From positions 9,234 to 73,233 of the IMG/VR virus record IMGVR_UViG_3300047510_003392: a stretch of 64,000 nt of DNA. One strand, written 5' to 3'. This stretch comes from a virus. Shown here piece by piece: positions 1 to 9,809 of this stretch. The position numbers and the translations under genes were made by a program. The stretch's first letter is position 1. Every line of letters starts with the position of its first letter. The notes beneath the pieces are model-generated. The model was not told the DNA's origin, did not search any database, and saw nothing but the letters and a program-made list of their open reading frames with translations.

Positions 1-577
1 TCAAATATAAACAAGCATTTTTATTATATCTGTGTGGTATAGATGATGATACTCTTGCTGCATCTTTGCGTTCCTCCGACCAATTTTGTCTGTAATTCGG
101 ATTATTTTTTCCGTATCTGTGTATTCCGTGCATCGGATTGTTCTTCCCAGATGCAGCGAAAGGATTTTTCTTGTAATATTCTTTTCTATGTCCGCTTATC
201 AGTTGCCGCGTGCTTTGTGAAAAAATCCTTCCCTTGTTGCTCTGTGATATTTTACGTTTTACAATTTTTGCTTTGTTCTTACCAAGCCGTTCTTCAAACG
301 ATTTTCCCTTATATGCTTCGGAAGTTTGATTTGATTGGCACGACTTACATACCGTCATTTTTCTGTCAGCCACACGCTTTGCTTTTATTTCTTTATAAAA
401 TATTTGACATCTACACTTCGGACATTTTCTCGACAGTTCTTCTTCGGTATATACAACTTTGGTTCGTCGGCTATTTAATTTATATCCACATTCTTGACAT
501 AGACATTTAGATTTTATCAAACATTTACTCTTTGTCCATATATCCTTGTTGCATTCAGGACAGCTTCTTCTCCACAT
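1..577 (-). CDS. Homing-endonuclease-like protein (CxxC zinc-finger repeats + NUMOD3-like motifs), 3' end outside window
   Basis: Not in ORF track. Manual translation from ATG 577: MWRRSCPECNK...CQEC...CPKC...CKSC...KGRIFSQSTRQLIS...GKNNPMHG; frame open to the window edge. Confidence 0.65.
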   Translation of the reverse strand, partial: MWRRSCPECNKDIWTKSKCLIKSKCLCQECGYKLNSRRTKVVYTEEELSRKCPKCRCQIFYKEIKAKRVADRKMTVCKSCQSNQTSEAYKGKSFEERLGKNKAKIVKRKISQSNKGRIFSQSTRQLISGHRKEYYKKNPFAASGKNNPMHGIHRYGKNNPNYRQNWSEERKDAARVSSSIPHRYNKNACLYL

Positions 578-710
578 TTTTATTCCTCCAGTATCTTTCC
601 ATAGCGGCTGCGTTGAGTCGCTCTTTATGCTTATCGTAATATCGCTTGGCTCTTGCTCGTTGCTGCTCAAGGAGTTCGTCTTTTGTCTTATGTAATTTTT
701 TTCGTCCCAT
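555..710 (-). CDS. Small basic helical protein (51 aa), paralog of 2391..2534
   Basis: Manual translation MGRKKLHKTKDELLEQQRARAKRYYDKHKERLNAAAMERYWRNKNVEKKLS; overlaps start of the downstream endonuclease gene. Confidence 0.75.
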   Translation of the reverse strand: MGRKKLHKTKDELLEQQRARAKRYYDKHKERLNAAAMERYWRNKNVEKKLS

Positions 711-768
711 TTGTTCATACTCCTATAAATATAACGTCATAGAATAAAACGTCATAAAAATAGTTATT

Positions 769-1665
769 TTATTTTATTATTTCTTCGTAGTCCCCGACTA
801 AATATTTATCTCTGTTTTTCTTGTATATTTCACGCATATTATCAGTTACTTGGATAAATCCCAACGAGTCAAATTTTGGACTTTCCCCCCAAATTTTTAG
901 CCATCGGTGATAATTTCGTGACTCTGTTATCCTTTGGCGGTCAGATGTCCCCAGTAGTTTGTCGTGTTGCCCAAGAAAATGACTGCTGCGTGCTCCAAAG
1001 TGCCATACAAGTGCTTTTGAAGTAACCACAAAGTCGTATCCTTCGAGTTGCATTCTTACACTCTGGTCGTGGTCTTCATAAGATGTGGGACGCCAAGCAT
1101 CTGAATTTTTCATAAAATACTTGGTTCGCATCATATATGATACGCCTTCTACTTTTCTAAAACCAGATGGGTTTGGAGATTGTACGAAATGATCGGCCCA
1201 ATATAAAAACTCCTCTTTTAGAAAATCGTGATGATATACACCAAACCCACCATTTACTGGGGCAAACATTGTTCCAACCCTATCTTCGTTATTGAATATG
1301 TTGGGTTCCAGACGCCAAGCACAAGCAACTAACGGTTTTTCTGTGCTTGAAACAAGATCATACAGCGGAGCATCGTATTTTTTTGATATATACATGTCCG
1401 AGTGTATCAAAGAAAATATGTCAGTTTTTACTTTTGACACCGCAACATTTACACCTCCACCAATTCCTCTTGGAACTTCATTTCTTTCATATATAGTTTC
1501 AATATCCGGTTGCTGTTTCAACCATTCGTAGGTTTCCTCGTCATTCTCACAAAATACAATTATTGGTTGGTTTTTATAAAAAGAGTTGTCTCTTATGGAC
1601 TCCACGGCGAGCCGTAAGTAAGGCAAACTTTTATATGTGTTCAAGACCCATGTAAATTTACTCAT
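769..1665 (-). CDS. Glycosyltransferase family 2-like
   Basis: GT-A features: LIHSDMY DxD-like motif, SYEDHD, VWHFG. Confidence 0.8.
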   Translation of the reverse strand: MSKFTWVLNTYKSLPYLRLAVESIRDNSFYKNQPIIVFCENDEETYEWLKQQPDIETIYERNEVPRGIGGGVNVAVSKVKTDIFSLIHSDMYISKKYDAPLYDLVSSTEKPLVACAWRLEPNIFNNEDRVGTMFAPVNGGFGVYHHDFLKEEFLYWADHFVQSPNPSGFRKVEGVSYMMRTKYFMKNSDAWRPTSYEDHDQSVRMQLEGYDFVVTSKALVWHFGARSSHFLGQHDKLLGTSDRQRITESRNYHRWLKIWGESPKFDSLGFIQVTDNMREIYKKNRDKYLVGDYEEIIK

Positions 1666-2398
1666 TGTTCTTTTTTCCTAATTTATATTCTTTTATTTCA
1701 CTTTCTGTGGCTGTTCCGAATTGTATTTTCGTGGCCAAAGATAATTTTCGCTTTGTTTCTTCGCTATGTGGCTTTCTCTTCTTGCCCATTCTAGACAATG
1801 CCATATTTTTTATCCATTCTGGGGATAATTTCCTTCCTTTTATTGAATTTGACATGTTTCGTCGCATTTCATCTGTCCATTTCCTACCAGTCATTGCTGC
1901 GGATAATTTTTCTCTAGTTTCATCTGTAATAACCCAATCTCTGCTTACTTTTTTCTGCGAGTCTGACATTTTTTTCTTACTTTCTTCGGAAAAAATTCGT
2001 CCTTTCAACTTTTTAGAGCGTTTTGCTCTGGACTCTATAGATTGCTTTGCGTTATTTCCTCCGTCGGTAAGATTGTATCCTAGCGGGTTGTCATTTACAA
2101 ATGTGCTAAACATTTTTATATAAAATCTTTCCAGTTCATTCAATCTACCAATGTCGGTATTATGCTCTAAAATATAACATTTGAACCTTTTCGGATATTT
2201 CCTCAATTTTCGTTGAAACAAATAGGCTTTTTGCTTTCTTATATGCGAAATACATCTGCTTTTTATTTTTTGATATGTCTGTCCAACATAACAAGGATAC
2301 TCCACCCCATCTCTTGTTTCTGTCCATAGATATACTACGTGGGACTTGTTGTCTCCAAGATATTCGCCAGTCTCTCCATTGTAGCAAAGTTTATACAT
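1658..2398 (-). CDS. GIY-YIG homing endonuclease with NUMOD3 repeats
   Basis: VVYLW...YVGQT...R, ELERFYI, GYNLTDGG, then HSEETKRKLS-type NUMOD3 repeats. Start reassigned to ATG 2398, which overlaps the stop of the small upstream ORF. Confidence 0.85.
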   Translation of the reverse strand: MYKLCYNGETGEYLGDNKSHVVYLWTETRDGVEYPCYVGQTYQKIKSRCISHIRKQKAYLFQRKLRKYPKRFKCYILEHNTDIGRLNELERFYIKMFSTFVNDNPLGYNLTDGGNNAKQSIESRAKRSKKLKGRIFSEESKKKMSDSQKKVSRDWVITDETREKLSAAMTGRKWTDEMRRNMSNSIKGRKLSPEWIKNMALSRMGKKRKPHSEETKRKLSLATKIQFGTATESEIKEYKLGKKNNE

Positions 2399-2534
2399 CC
2401 AATTTAGACTTCCAATAGCGTGCCATGCGTTCATCATTGAGCCGCTTCTTATTTCTTTCATAGAACCGCTTGGATCGCTGGCGTTGCTGCTCAAGCAACT
2501 CTTCTCTTGTTCTGTGTAGTTTCTTTCGTCCCAT
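2391..2534 (-). CDS. Small basic helical protein (47 aa), paralog of 555..710
   Basis: Manual translation MGRKKLHRTREELLEQQRQRSKRFYERNKKRLNDERMARYWKSKLDV; ATGTATAA start/stop overlap with the GIY-YIG gene. Confidence 0.75.
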   Translation of the reverse strand: MGRKKLHRTREELLEQQRQRSKRFYERNKKRLNDERMARYWKSKLDV

Positions 2535-2589
2535 ATAGTATTCATCAACTATAAATATAGCGTTGTGACATAAAACGTCGTATAAATAC

Positions 2590-3384
2590 TTATTTTATTT
2601 CATATTTTTCTGCCTCTGCTCTAAGAGCCATATAATCGTTGTACATATTTGTTTTTACAAAGAAATTCTTCATTCCAGTTTCAGCAAGGCGACAATATGT
2701 TGGAATATCCAATCCAGCCACACCTCTTTTTACCGTGAGAGAATTATGATGTAGAATACAGGCTCTATCAACTACACCAATCTTATATCCAAGTTTTTTA
2801 GCGGTCAGAGCAAACAGCCAATCTGGTCCCCATCCATACATAAGGTCCGAATCTATACTTCCAACCGCCTCAATCAATCTGCGAGAAATTAGAGGACATT
2901 GAAAATCAGAATATACAACTTGTCTTATTTCCTTAGAACATCTGCTATGCATTCCTTTCCAATGACATTGTTGGTTTGGCTCTATGTTGTAAAAAGATGG
3001 AGCAACTATATCGTATTCTATATCGGTGTACGCTACCGGAAACTCTAGATACACCAGCTTAAACATTTCTTCGCGTAATGTTTTAACAAAATTGTATGGA
3101 TGAACTGTAAGGTCGTTACTAAGAAACAATAAAGAATCATATTGCGGATTTTCTTTTACAAACTCCATCGAGGCATTCAATCCACCGCCAAAATATACGT
3201 TTGTTTCCAACTGAAATGAAGTATATTTACTTCTACCTTCAGGTTTAGATGCGTTATCTAATACAAACAACTCATAATCGTCTCTTTCATACGGCTTTAG
3301 AGACTCATACAGCATATCTGTATAGTCTGGCATATTATGATTTAGAATAATTGCGGCGGTTTTACCCATAACTGGTTCCTCCAT
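2590..3384 (-). CDS. Glycosyltransferase family 2-like
   Basis: IILNHN, VLDNAS, FLSNDL, YGWGPD, ILHH motifs; start may be 3369. Confidence 0.75.
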   Translation of the reverse strand: MEEPVMGKTAAIILNHNMPDYTDMLYESLKPYERDDYELFVLDNASKPEGRSKYTSFQLETNVYFGGGLNASMEFVKENPQYDSLLFLSNDLTVHPYNFVKTLREEMFKLVYLEFPVAYTDIEYDIVAPSFYNIEPNQQCHWKGMHSRCSKEIRQVVYSDFQCPLISRRLIEAVGSIDSDLMYGWGPDWLFALTAKKLGYKIGVVDRACILHHNSLTVKRGVAGLDIPTYCRLAETGMKNFFVKTNMYNDYMALRAEAEKYEIK

Positions 3385-3787
3385 TGAATATTTTCATTTT
3401 GATACTTTTACCAGACATCTCGGCGGGTTCTATAAAGAACTTTTTGTCTGGCGCTGTAATGCTAAAGAATAGTTCAAGTTCTTCTTCGTCATCCGCAAAC
3501 ATCATAAACGATTCTTCTGTGCCACTCTCTCTACACTTAAACAAGTTGTATTTTGTAGTGGTCACAGTAGTATATCCTTCTCTGTGTTTCATTGCCTCGG
3601 ATATAATCATAAATTCGGCTGCGATGATTGCCGCTACTTGTATAGTTGTTACAATATTAGTACGCCAAGTGTCATTCAGTATAGCGTCCTTTATATAGAA
3701 CAAAGACATAACCATTAGTGGCAGGCCAATGATGGAAAATACAACCATCAAATAAAAATATAAACTTTTTTTAGGCTTAGAAGTCAT
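3362..3787 (-). CDS. Hypothetical membrane protein (2 TM)
   Basis: Two hydrophobic segments; upstream sigma70-like promoter. Confidence 0.6.
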   Translation of the reverse strand: MTSKPKKSLYFYLMVVFSIIGLPLMVMSLFYIKDAILNDTWRTNIVTTIQVAAIIAAEFMIISEAMKHREGYTTVTTTKYNLFKCRESGTEESFMMFADDEEELELFFSITAPDKKFFIEPAEMSGKSIKMKIFNGGTSYG

Positions 3788-3794
3788 TTTTAAT

Positions 3795-3822
3795 ATGATA
3801 GAGCATTTAACTAATCTGTCAA
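3795..3822 (-). promoter_or_regulatory. sigma70-type promoter
   Basis: TTGACA-N16-TATCAT on the minus strand just upstream of ATG 3787. Confidence 0.6.
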
Positions 3823-4509
3823 TTAATTAAATGTCATTCCGTGCTTTAAAAAGATTTCTTTCAATGCATATTTTAATGGAAGATGTCTAATCAGCAATCG
3901 TTCTAGCATTTTTAGGTCATATGGATATACTTTTTCCAGACTACACTGTGTATAAGGATCGGTAGCTCCTTGTTCTATGATACCATACGGTCCCCAATGT
4001 GCCTGAACTAAAAATCCTCCACTATCTATTGCCCTACGAAGTTGTTTTCGTGTTAGTACCCAACAAGCTTGGTGTTGGTTGGCAGCTACCCATTTTTTCT
4101 CGTATGCTTTTTGAACCATTGGGCCATAATATTCGCACAAATTTACTATAATTTTTTTGTCCTCTTTCTGCTCATACAATAAAAATCCAGCAACTTGATT
4201 ATCTGGCAGCGTGTAGTTATATTCCAAAAATGCATCTAAATTATCTTCGGTGATAAGGATGTCATTTTCCGTGTATATAAACAAATCAAAATCGTCTATG
4301 GCATCTGCCATTTCCCACCTACAAGGATAGGGCAATCCTTGTGTAATTTCTTCAGGGTGTATGACCTGCTTTTCCTTCATCAGCGGAACCGTCGTGTGTA
4401 TAGTTATGTCCGCTTTATATTTTTTCATGGATCGGTATTCTTTTAGTACTTGGTCCAAATACTGTAATTGAGTTTTGCCAAAGTTATTTACACATATTTT
4501 TGTTTTCAT
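3823..4509 (-). CDS. Putative glycosyltransferase (GT-A-like)
   Basis: FIYTENDILI motif; context within glycan cluster. Confidence 0.5.
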   Translation of the reverse strand: MKTKICVNNFGKTQLQYLDQVLKEYRSMKKYKADITIHTTVPLMKEKQVIHPEEITQGLPYPCRWEMADAIDDFDLFIYTENDILITEDNLDAFLEYNYTLPDNQVAGFLLYEQKEDKKIIVNLCEYYGPMVQKAYEKKWVAANQHQACWVLTRKQLRRAIDSGGFLVQAHWGPYGIIEQGATDPYTQCSLEKVYPYDLKMLERLLIRHLPLKYALKEIFLKHGMTFN

Positions 4510-5375
4510 AGGATGTTGATAATTTGTTGAGCACGAGTTTCTGCACGATGGTATACATTTACTTTACTATATATTCTTTCCGATAAAGTTTCACGAACAT
4601 ATTCATTGTTCAGTAAATATTCTATTTTCTCGACGGCTTCTTTTGGGTTAGAATAATACATTATGTCTCTACCGTCCACGAAAAGATCATATATCCCTGT
4701 GGATGTAGATATTCTATTTGTAACTACGGCAAGTTTGCAGCCGCCTGCTTCAAATAATCTACGAGTTACTTCGTCATATCTGGCATACTGAAACGCTATA
4801 GTACCAGAATTATAAAATGATGTATTTTCTTGAGCAGGTATTTTTTTGTTTATGAACTTATCTCCAAGAGCAGATTGAATATAATCAACGCCGGGTCTAT
4901 CTCCACAGGTTGTGATACATACGTTTTTCCTTGGCACTTCTTCTTTATATTTGAATAAAAACTCATCTCCCCAATGGTTGAGCCAATATACGTTTTTAAA
5001 TCCCATCTCCTTGTATCTTGCACAACATCTCGCGTCCGGTGTATATATCGCATCCGCTATTTTTGCTCTTTCAAATCCTTGCCCAAATGTTTGTGGCTCG
5101 TCTCCCATATCAAGTATTAGTTTTGTTTTACTGATAGTTTTTAGTTTCTTTAGAGAGATATCTAGAGAAGGTGATGCCCAAGGCCAAAAAGCACCTATGA
5201 AATCATATTTATCTGCATTAGGATACAATCTATCCAAATTACAATTGCCAGCATCAAACTTATATACATCTACATTATGTCCCAACCGTTTGAAAGCAAA
5301 TGAAAGTCCGAGAGGGCAATTCCAATAGTCCTCCGGTTGACTTTCATCTCCGTGCCATAACATTGCTATGTTCAT
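4506..5375 (-). CDS. Glycosyltransferase, CgeB/Glyco_trans_1_2-like
   Basis: RRLFEAGGC, LFVDGRDIMYY, C-terminal HRAETRAQQI pattern. Confidence 0.75.
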   Translation of the reverse strand: MNIAMLWHGDESQPEDYWNCPLGLSFAFKRLGHNVDVYKFDAGNCNLDRLYPNADKYDFIGAFWPWASPSLDISLKKLKTISKTKLILDMGDEPQTFGQGFERAKIADAIYTPDARCCARYKEMGFKNVYWLNHWGDEFLFKYKEEVPRKNVCITTCGDRPGVDYIQSALGDKFINKKIPAQENTSFYNSGTIAFQYARYDEVTRRLFEAGGCKLAVVTNRISTSTGIYDLFVDGRDIMYYSNPKEAVEKIEYLLNNEYVRETLSERIYSKVNVYHRAETRAQQIINIL

Positions 5376-6196
5376 AGTTTTTCAAGTATTTTATCCACCG
5401 CTTGGAATATATTGTATTTTTGACGAAAGCCAAGATTTCTTATCTTTTCACAATCCATAAAGAAGTTCGGCGCTTGAACTATTTGATGAAACTCTGGTAC
5501 GTCAACATATGTTATTTTACTCGTTGAGCCAGTCTTTTTGATTACATAGTCTAGAATATCTATCAGCTTTATACTTTCTTCCGCGCCTATGTTATATATT
5601 TCATTAAACTTTCCACTATATGTCGCCAAGTTTATGGCCGCACATACATCTTCAACGTGCATAAAGTTTCTGTAATTGTCGCCCTTGTATATGCTTACTG
5701 GATCGTTTCTGACAATGTTTCCGATGAGATACTCCAGTGCGTTTTTCTTTTTTCCTGCACCAACATCTCCGCCAATTACATTACACAAACGTAATATTCT
5801 ATAATTTCTGTGGAATGTGCGGCAAAACGATTCTGTCAGATCTTCGGCGGTTTTTTTAGTTATTGAATAAAATCCCTTGGGATTGCACGGATCTCCTTCT
5901 TTGGCTGGGCGATACTTGGTATACCCCTCACCATATACAAACCAACTACTTACAAAGTTGAATGTGCCTTGAACATTTGGCAATACATCCATTAGCTTAT
6001 TTAGATTAGTATTGATATCCTTATGGAGATCGTCGAATAAATGATAGTTGTGAGTGGTGCTAATAAGATATAGCACATCTCTCATATTCTCAGACCAATT
6101 TTCATCACGAGGCATTATTATGCTTTTTTGTGGATATAGTTTGGCAAAATTACTGCCAACAAATCCTGAACCGCCAAATATTGTTAGTTCGTCCAT
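5372..6196 (-). CDS. NAD-dependent epimerase/dehydratase (extended SDR)
   Basis: GGSGFVG, SSWFVYG, YSITK catalytic YxxxK, RNFMHVED; start reassigned to MDELTIFGG. Confidence 0.9.
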   Translation of the reverse strand: MDELTIFGGSGFVGSNFAKLYPQKSIIMPRDENWSENMRDVLYLISTTHNYHLFDDLHKDINTNLNKLMDVLPNVQGTFNFVSSWFVYGEGYTKYRPAKEGDPCNPKGFYSITKKTAEDLTESFCRTFHRNYRILRLCNVIGGDVGAGKKKNALEYLIGNIVRNDPVSIYKGDNYRNFMHVEDVCAAINLATYSGKFNEIYNIGAEESIKLIDILDYVIKKTGSTSKITYVDVPEFHQIVQAPNFFMDCEKIRNLGFRQKYNIFQAVDKILEKL

Positions 6197-7494
6197 GTTG
6201 ATAATACAGTTTCGATATGATTTAGATTGTCCGACGATATTGTTGGTGCACATCCCACGAAGAATACAAGATCAAGAACTTTATTTGATTCTGGGTATTT
6301 CTTATAGTCGTCAAGATGTTTGTATCCATTATGCACGAGCAGGTTTCCAGCAAAATAGTTTCTCGTCTGTACCCCATTCTTTTCCAAGAATGCAACAAGC
6401 GTTTCTTTTTGCTTTCTATCTCTGCAAATAATTGGGACACCAAAAGGAACCCAATCTGTTTCGGCGAATGTGTTTGGAAAATTCAAACCGTCAACATATT
6501 TCTTCAATGTAGATTGTATTGCATCCTTATTAGATTGTCTTGTCTTACAGATATAATCAAGTTTCTTCAACTGCTCCAAACCTATAGCAGCTTGTAGGTC
6601 CAATGGTTTCAGGTTCCAACCAATTCTGTTGAATACATATTTGTGGTCGATGATAAGCTCTGGGAACTCTGGTAGCCAGTTTGAGAATCTCTTATTACAC
6701 GAACCATTGCACAGCAAGTTTGCTGCCCCCACGCAATAGCAATCTCTACCCCAAGTACCAAAGCTTCTGGCCAAGTCAACAATTTCCTGTATATCCGAGG
6801 ATACCATTCCACCTTCAAGTGTTGTTATTTCGTGTGCTGGATAAAAAGAACAACTGGAAGCTATGGCGTATTCGTTTAGATATTTTCCGCGCCACTTGGA
6901 ACCGAGAGAATCGCAATTATCCAAAAGGAGTCTCAGGTTATGCTTTTTAGTAATAGCAAGCATTTCATCCATGTCAGGAGGATTTCCCAATACTGGACTC
7001 AAAAATACTGCCTTGGTTTTTTCAGTTATCTTTTCTTCGATCTTTACCAAATCAAAATTCAATGTAGACCATTCAATGTCTATAAATACGGGCTTTAGAT
7101 TATTATGTACAATTGCAGATACGGTGGTTGGAAATCCTACCGCAGAAACAATGATCTCATCCCCATCTTTCCATCCAAAATATTCCTTGCACGCCGCAAT
7201 AAGCAATAAGTTGGCACTCGATCCGCTATTGCAGAAGAATGAAAACTTGTTATTGATATGTCTTCCGAACTCTCTTTCAAATCTTGCACAAGTTTCTCCG
7301 GAAGAAGACCACTTTCCAAATAACAGTGTTTCTATGGCAGCTACCAGTTCGCTGTTATCAAAGTATGGACCTGAATAGTATACCTTCTTTTTGTCTTTTG
7401 CCACTATATTGTGAGCAAACTTTGGCACAAATCCATATTTGGATGTCATGCTTTCTATGAATTTAGAAATATCTTCTTTTTGATTGTTTTCCAT
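6184..7494 (-). CDS. rfbH: CDP-6-deoxy-D-xylo-4-hexulose 3-dehydrase (E1, DdhC/RfbH), DegT/DnrJ family
   Basis: NSGSSANLL, DNCDSLGS; SFYPAH with His replacing the PLP Lys; WGRDCYC...C...C Fe-S Cys cluster; YFAGNL. Confidence 0.88.
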   Translation of the reverse strand: MENNQKEDISKFIESMTSKYGFVPKFAHNIVAKDKKKVYYSGPYFDNSELVAAIETLLFGKWSSSGETCARFEREFGRHINNKFSFFCNSGSSANLLLIAACKEYFGWKDGDEIIVSAVGFPTTVSAIVHNNLKPVFIDIEWSTLNFDLVKIEEKITEKTKAVFLSPVLGNPPDMDEMLAITKKHNLRLLLDNCDSLGSKWRGKYLNEYAIASSCSFYPAHEITTLEGGMVSSDIQEIVDLARSFGTWGRDCYCVGAANLLCNGSCNKRFSNWLPEFPELIIDHKYVFNRIGWNLKPLDLQAAIGLEQLKKLDYICKTRQSNKDAIQSTLKKYVDGLNFPNTFAETDWVPFGVPIICRDRKQKETLVAFLEKNGVQTRNYFAGNLLVHNGYKHLDDYKKYPESNKVLDLVFFVGCAPTISSDNLNHIETVLSTWTN

Positions 7495-7498
7495 AAAT

Positions 7499-8227
7499 TT
7501 AAAAATAATTGCAGGTTTTATTATATACTTCTTCCCAATTTACTACTGGACTCATATATTTTGGTTCGCAGTGAGTAGAATATCCAGGTATAGAATTTAT
7601 TAGAGTTTTTCCTTCTTTTGCAAGATGTCTGAATTTATCAAAATCTCTAGTTAATCCTTTCTGGATATCGCAGTATTTTACGTGTATGGCGAAATCTCTT
7701 CGCAACGTACTTCCTTTGCACGCATATGTGTTGGTAGTATTTGGTATCGTGCGCCAATGAGCGCTGGGCGTGCATCCAACCTTTGATACCAAGTCTTCAT
7801 ACATTTCATAAAAATATTTATCGTTATGATCGTATAATGTTATGTAATCCACGTCAATATATTTAAATCCTTCTCTCAATATTTTTGGCCAACCAACATT
7901 GTGTAAATAATCATCCTCTACAAAATATAATATGTCTTCGTCGGAAAAGTCGGATGCGATAGCTGTATCCAGTAGATTCAAGAAGCTTTGGGCGTCGCTG
8001 CCACCTGTTTTTTCATATAAATTGAACTTTCCCTTGTATTTTTCATTTTCCAAGAAATGTCCGCTTCCAGAAAGAACACCATCAAAGCATACATTGAGTT
8101 CGCAGTGCTCATCTATAGTATTAAGAAAACTATTAAAGCATCCTTCCCTACTAAAGAAGGATGGTCTTTCTTTGTTGGCAGAATTGCTGGAGAACTTGCA
8201 GTGTCTGGCAAATATTTTTATTTTCAT
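7499..8227 (-). CDS. Putative glycosyltransferase
   Basis: YFVEDDYLH, LYDHNDKY, PGYSTH motifs. Confidence 0.65.
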   Translation of the reverse strand: MKIKIFARHCKFSSNSANKERPSFFSREGCFNSFLNTIDEHCELNVCFDGVLSGSGHFLENEKYKGKFNLYEKTGGSDAQSFLNLLDTAIASDFSDEDILYFVEDDYLHNVGWPKILREGFKYIDVDYITLYDHNDKYFYEMYEDLVSKVGCTPSAHWRTIPNTTNTYACKGSTLRRDFAIHVKYCDIQKGLTRDFDKFRHLAKEGKTLINSIPGYSTHCEPKYMSPVVNWEEVYNKTCNYF

Positions 8228-8985
8228 TCTATCTTTAAGTTTAGATAAGGTTCTACGGTATTATACTCGAACCCAAAAATAACATCTTTTCCACGGAATG
8301 GCTCAGAAAACTCTTGATGCACGAGTGCTGTCCAGTCCTTGTCCTTGTTATGACTCCAGCAACTTACCTTCTTTAACATAGTTTCTTTGGATCTCACCCA
8401 AGAGTAGTGATGAATGAACGGCTTTCCTTTGTATGTAACATTTCGTGCTTTGCTGTCGTATGGCACATAGTCAAATACGCCAGAACGTTCATTTTCGTGC
8501 ATTATGAACTGGTCGGCAGTGTATGTACCTTTTTCTACGAGCGCGATAGAATCTTGCCAATCTTTGCATTGATACTTGAAATCTCTGAAATAGAAATAAT
8601 TTGCCAACTTATAACTCATTAGAGGTCCGCTCTGCTGCTCTGTCCACCAAGCGTTGAATTCTTCCGGCACAATTATTTCGTCTGTATCAAGAAACATAAA
8701 ATAATCTGTGTCATCTGGGGCAACTTCTATTCCTATCTTACGTGAAATATTACAATGCCAACGAGAACTTTCTGTGCTACAATAATCGAATTCAATAAAC
8801 TCGGCATCTGGATTTTCTCCCGCCGATCTAAGCAATAATGCTCGGTCCTGTTCAGTTCCATCGTGAAAATGAGTGCAGAATGGAACGATGACTTTGTGAG
8901 AAACCTTGAGTGCAGCGTCTACGCACGGTTTAAGAAACACATAATCGTTTGTGCAGTAGTTTATAATCGTAGTTATTTTCTTCAT
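8224..8985 (-). CDS. Glycosyltransferase family 2-like
   Basis: FLDTDE, HHYSWVRS...KKV motifs. Confidence 0.7.
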   Translation of the reverse strand: MKKITTIINYCTNDYVFLKPCVDAALKVSHKVIVPFCTHFHDGTEQDRALLLRSAGENPDAEFIEFDYCSTESSRWHCNISRKIGIEVAPDDTDYFMFLDTDEIIVPEEFNAWWTEQQSGPLMSYKLANYFYFRDFKYQCKDWQDSIALVEKGTYTADQFIMHENERSGVFDYVPYDSKARNVTYKGKPFIHHYSWVRSKETMLKKVSCWSHNKDKDWTALVHQEFSEPFRGKDVIFGFEYNTVEPYLNLKIE

Positions 8986-8986
8986 A

Positions 8987-9808
8987 TTAGTTGTTTATGG
9001 TGTAGCTGCTGTAGTTGATATCTCTTTGCCAATCGGTTCGTTCAAACTTCAACGACACAGATTTTGCATCTATAATGTCTACAGGATGTCCAACATCTTT
9101 CATTATTTCATCAATGTCTCCCATTTTCTCTCTCGGTATAGCAACGTGATCGCAGGGATATTCTGTATTAATTCTTACCAATACATACCCCAGCGACAAT
9201 ATTTTGTTCAATAGCATTTCAGAGTTTTTTCCAAATGAATTCAGCCACTGGTTTTCCACTTCTATAAACATTATTGGTCTAGAATTGCGAATCATTGTGT
9301 CTGCACCCTCTAACAAAAAGATTTCAGAACCTTGTACATCTATTTTCACGAAAGAAGCTCCGGAATTTATGACATTATCAATTTTTATCATTTCTACCAT
9401 ATCACCACCAACACCGACTTTAGTTGCTCCTATATTGATTCCCTGTGGTCTATCCACATCAACATAGTCCATTTGAATCATTTTATTTTCATTTCCTAAT
9501 GCCACATTGAAACAAAATACATTTCTAAGGTCGTTTATGAATACATTACCACATAGCTGTTGATATATTACTCGCAATGGCTCGAATGATATCACTTTCC
9601 CACTACTTCCTGCCAATTTTGCCATTGTTATTGTATGATATCCAAGATTGGCACCACAGTCTAAACAAATATCGCCAAATTTTATTACATTTTTTGCTAC
9701 ATTATAGAAATGCGGCTCAAAATCATTTTTTTGAATCAGTGCTTGTCCAAGAGCATCGTTGGGCAAGACCATAAACTTACCGTGTACTGTATCTGTTATT
9801 GCTGGCAT
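8987..9808 (-). CDS. FkbM family methyltransferase
   Basis: LDCGANLGYH, FEP, KIDVQGSE. Confidence 0.9.
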   Translation of the reverse strand: MPAITDTVHGKFMVLPNDALGQALIQKNDFEPHFYNVAKNVIKFGDICLDCGANLGYHTITMAKLAGSSGKVISFEPLRVIYQQLCGNVFINDLRNVFCFNVALGNENKMIQMDYVDVDRPQGINIGATKVGVGGDMVEMIKIDNVINSGASFVKIDVQGSEIFLLEGADTMIRNSRPIMFIEVENQWLNSFGKNSEMLLNKILSLGYVLVRINTEYPCDHVAIPREKMGDIDEIMKDVGHPVDIIDAKSVSLKFERTDWQRDINYSSYTINN

Positions 9809-9809
9809 A

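Noticed and set aside
43-510. 155-aa plus-strand ORF
   Set aside because: Antisense shadow of the minus-strand zinc-finger/NUMOD3 gene; no motifs
2399-2548. N-terminal 50-aa extension of the GIY-YIG ORF given in the ORF track
   Set aside because: The same DNA encodes, in another frame, a clear paralog of the 555..710 protein; the nuclease more plausibly starts at ATG 2398
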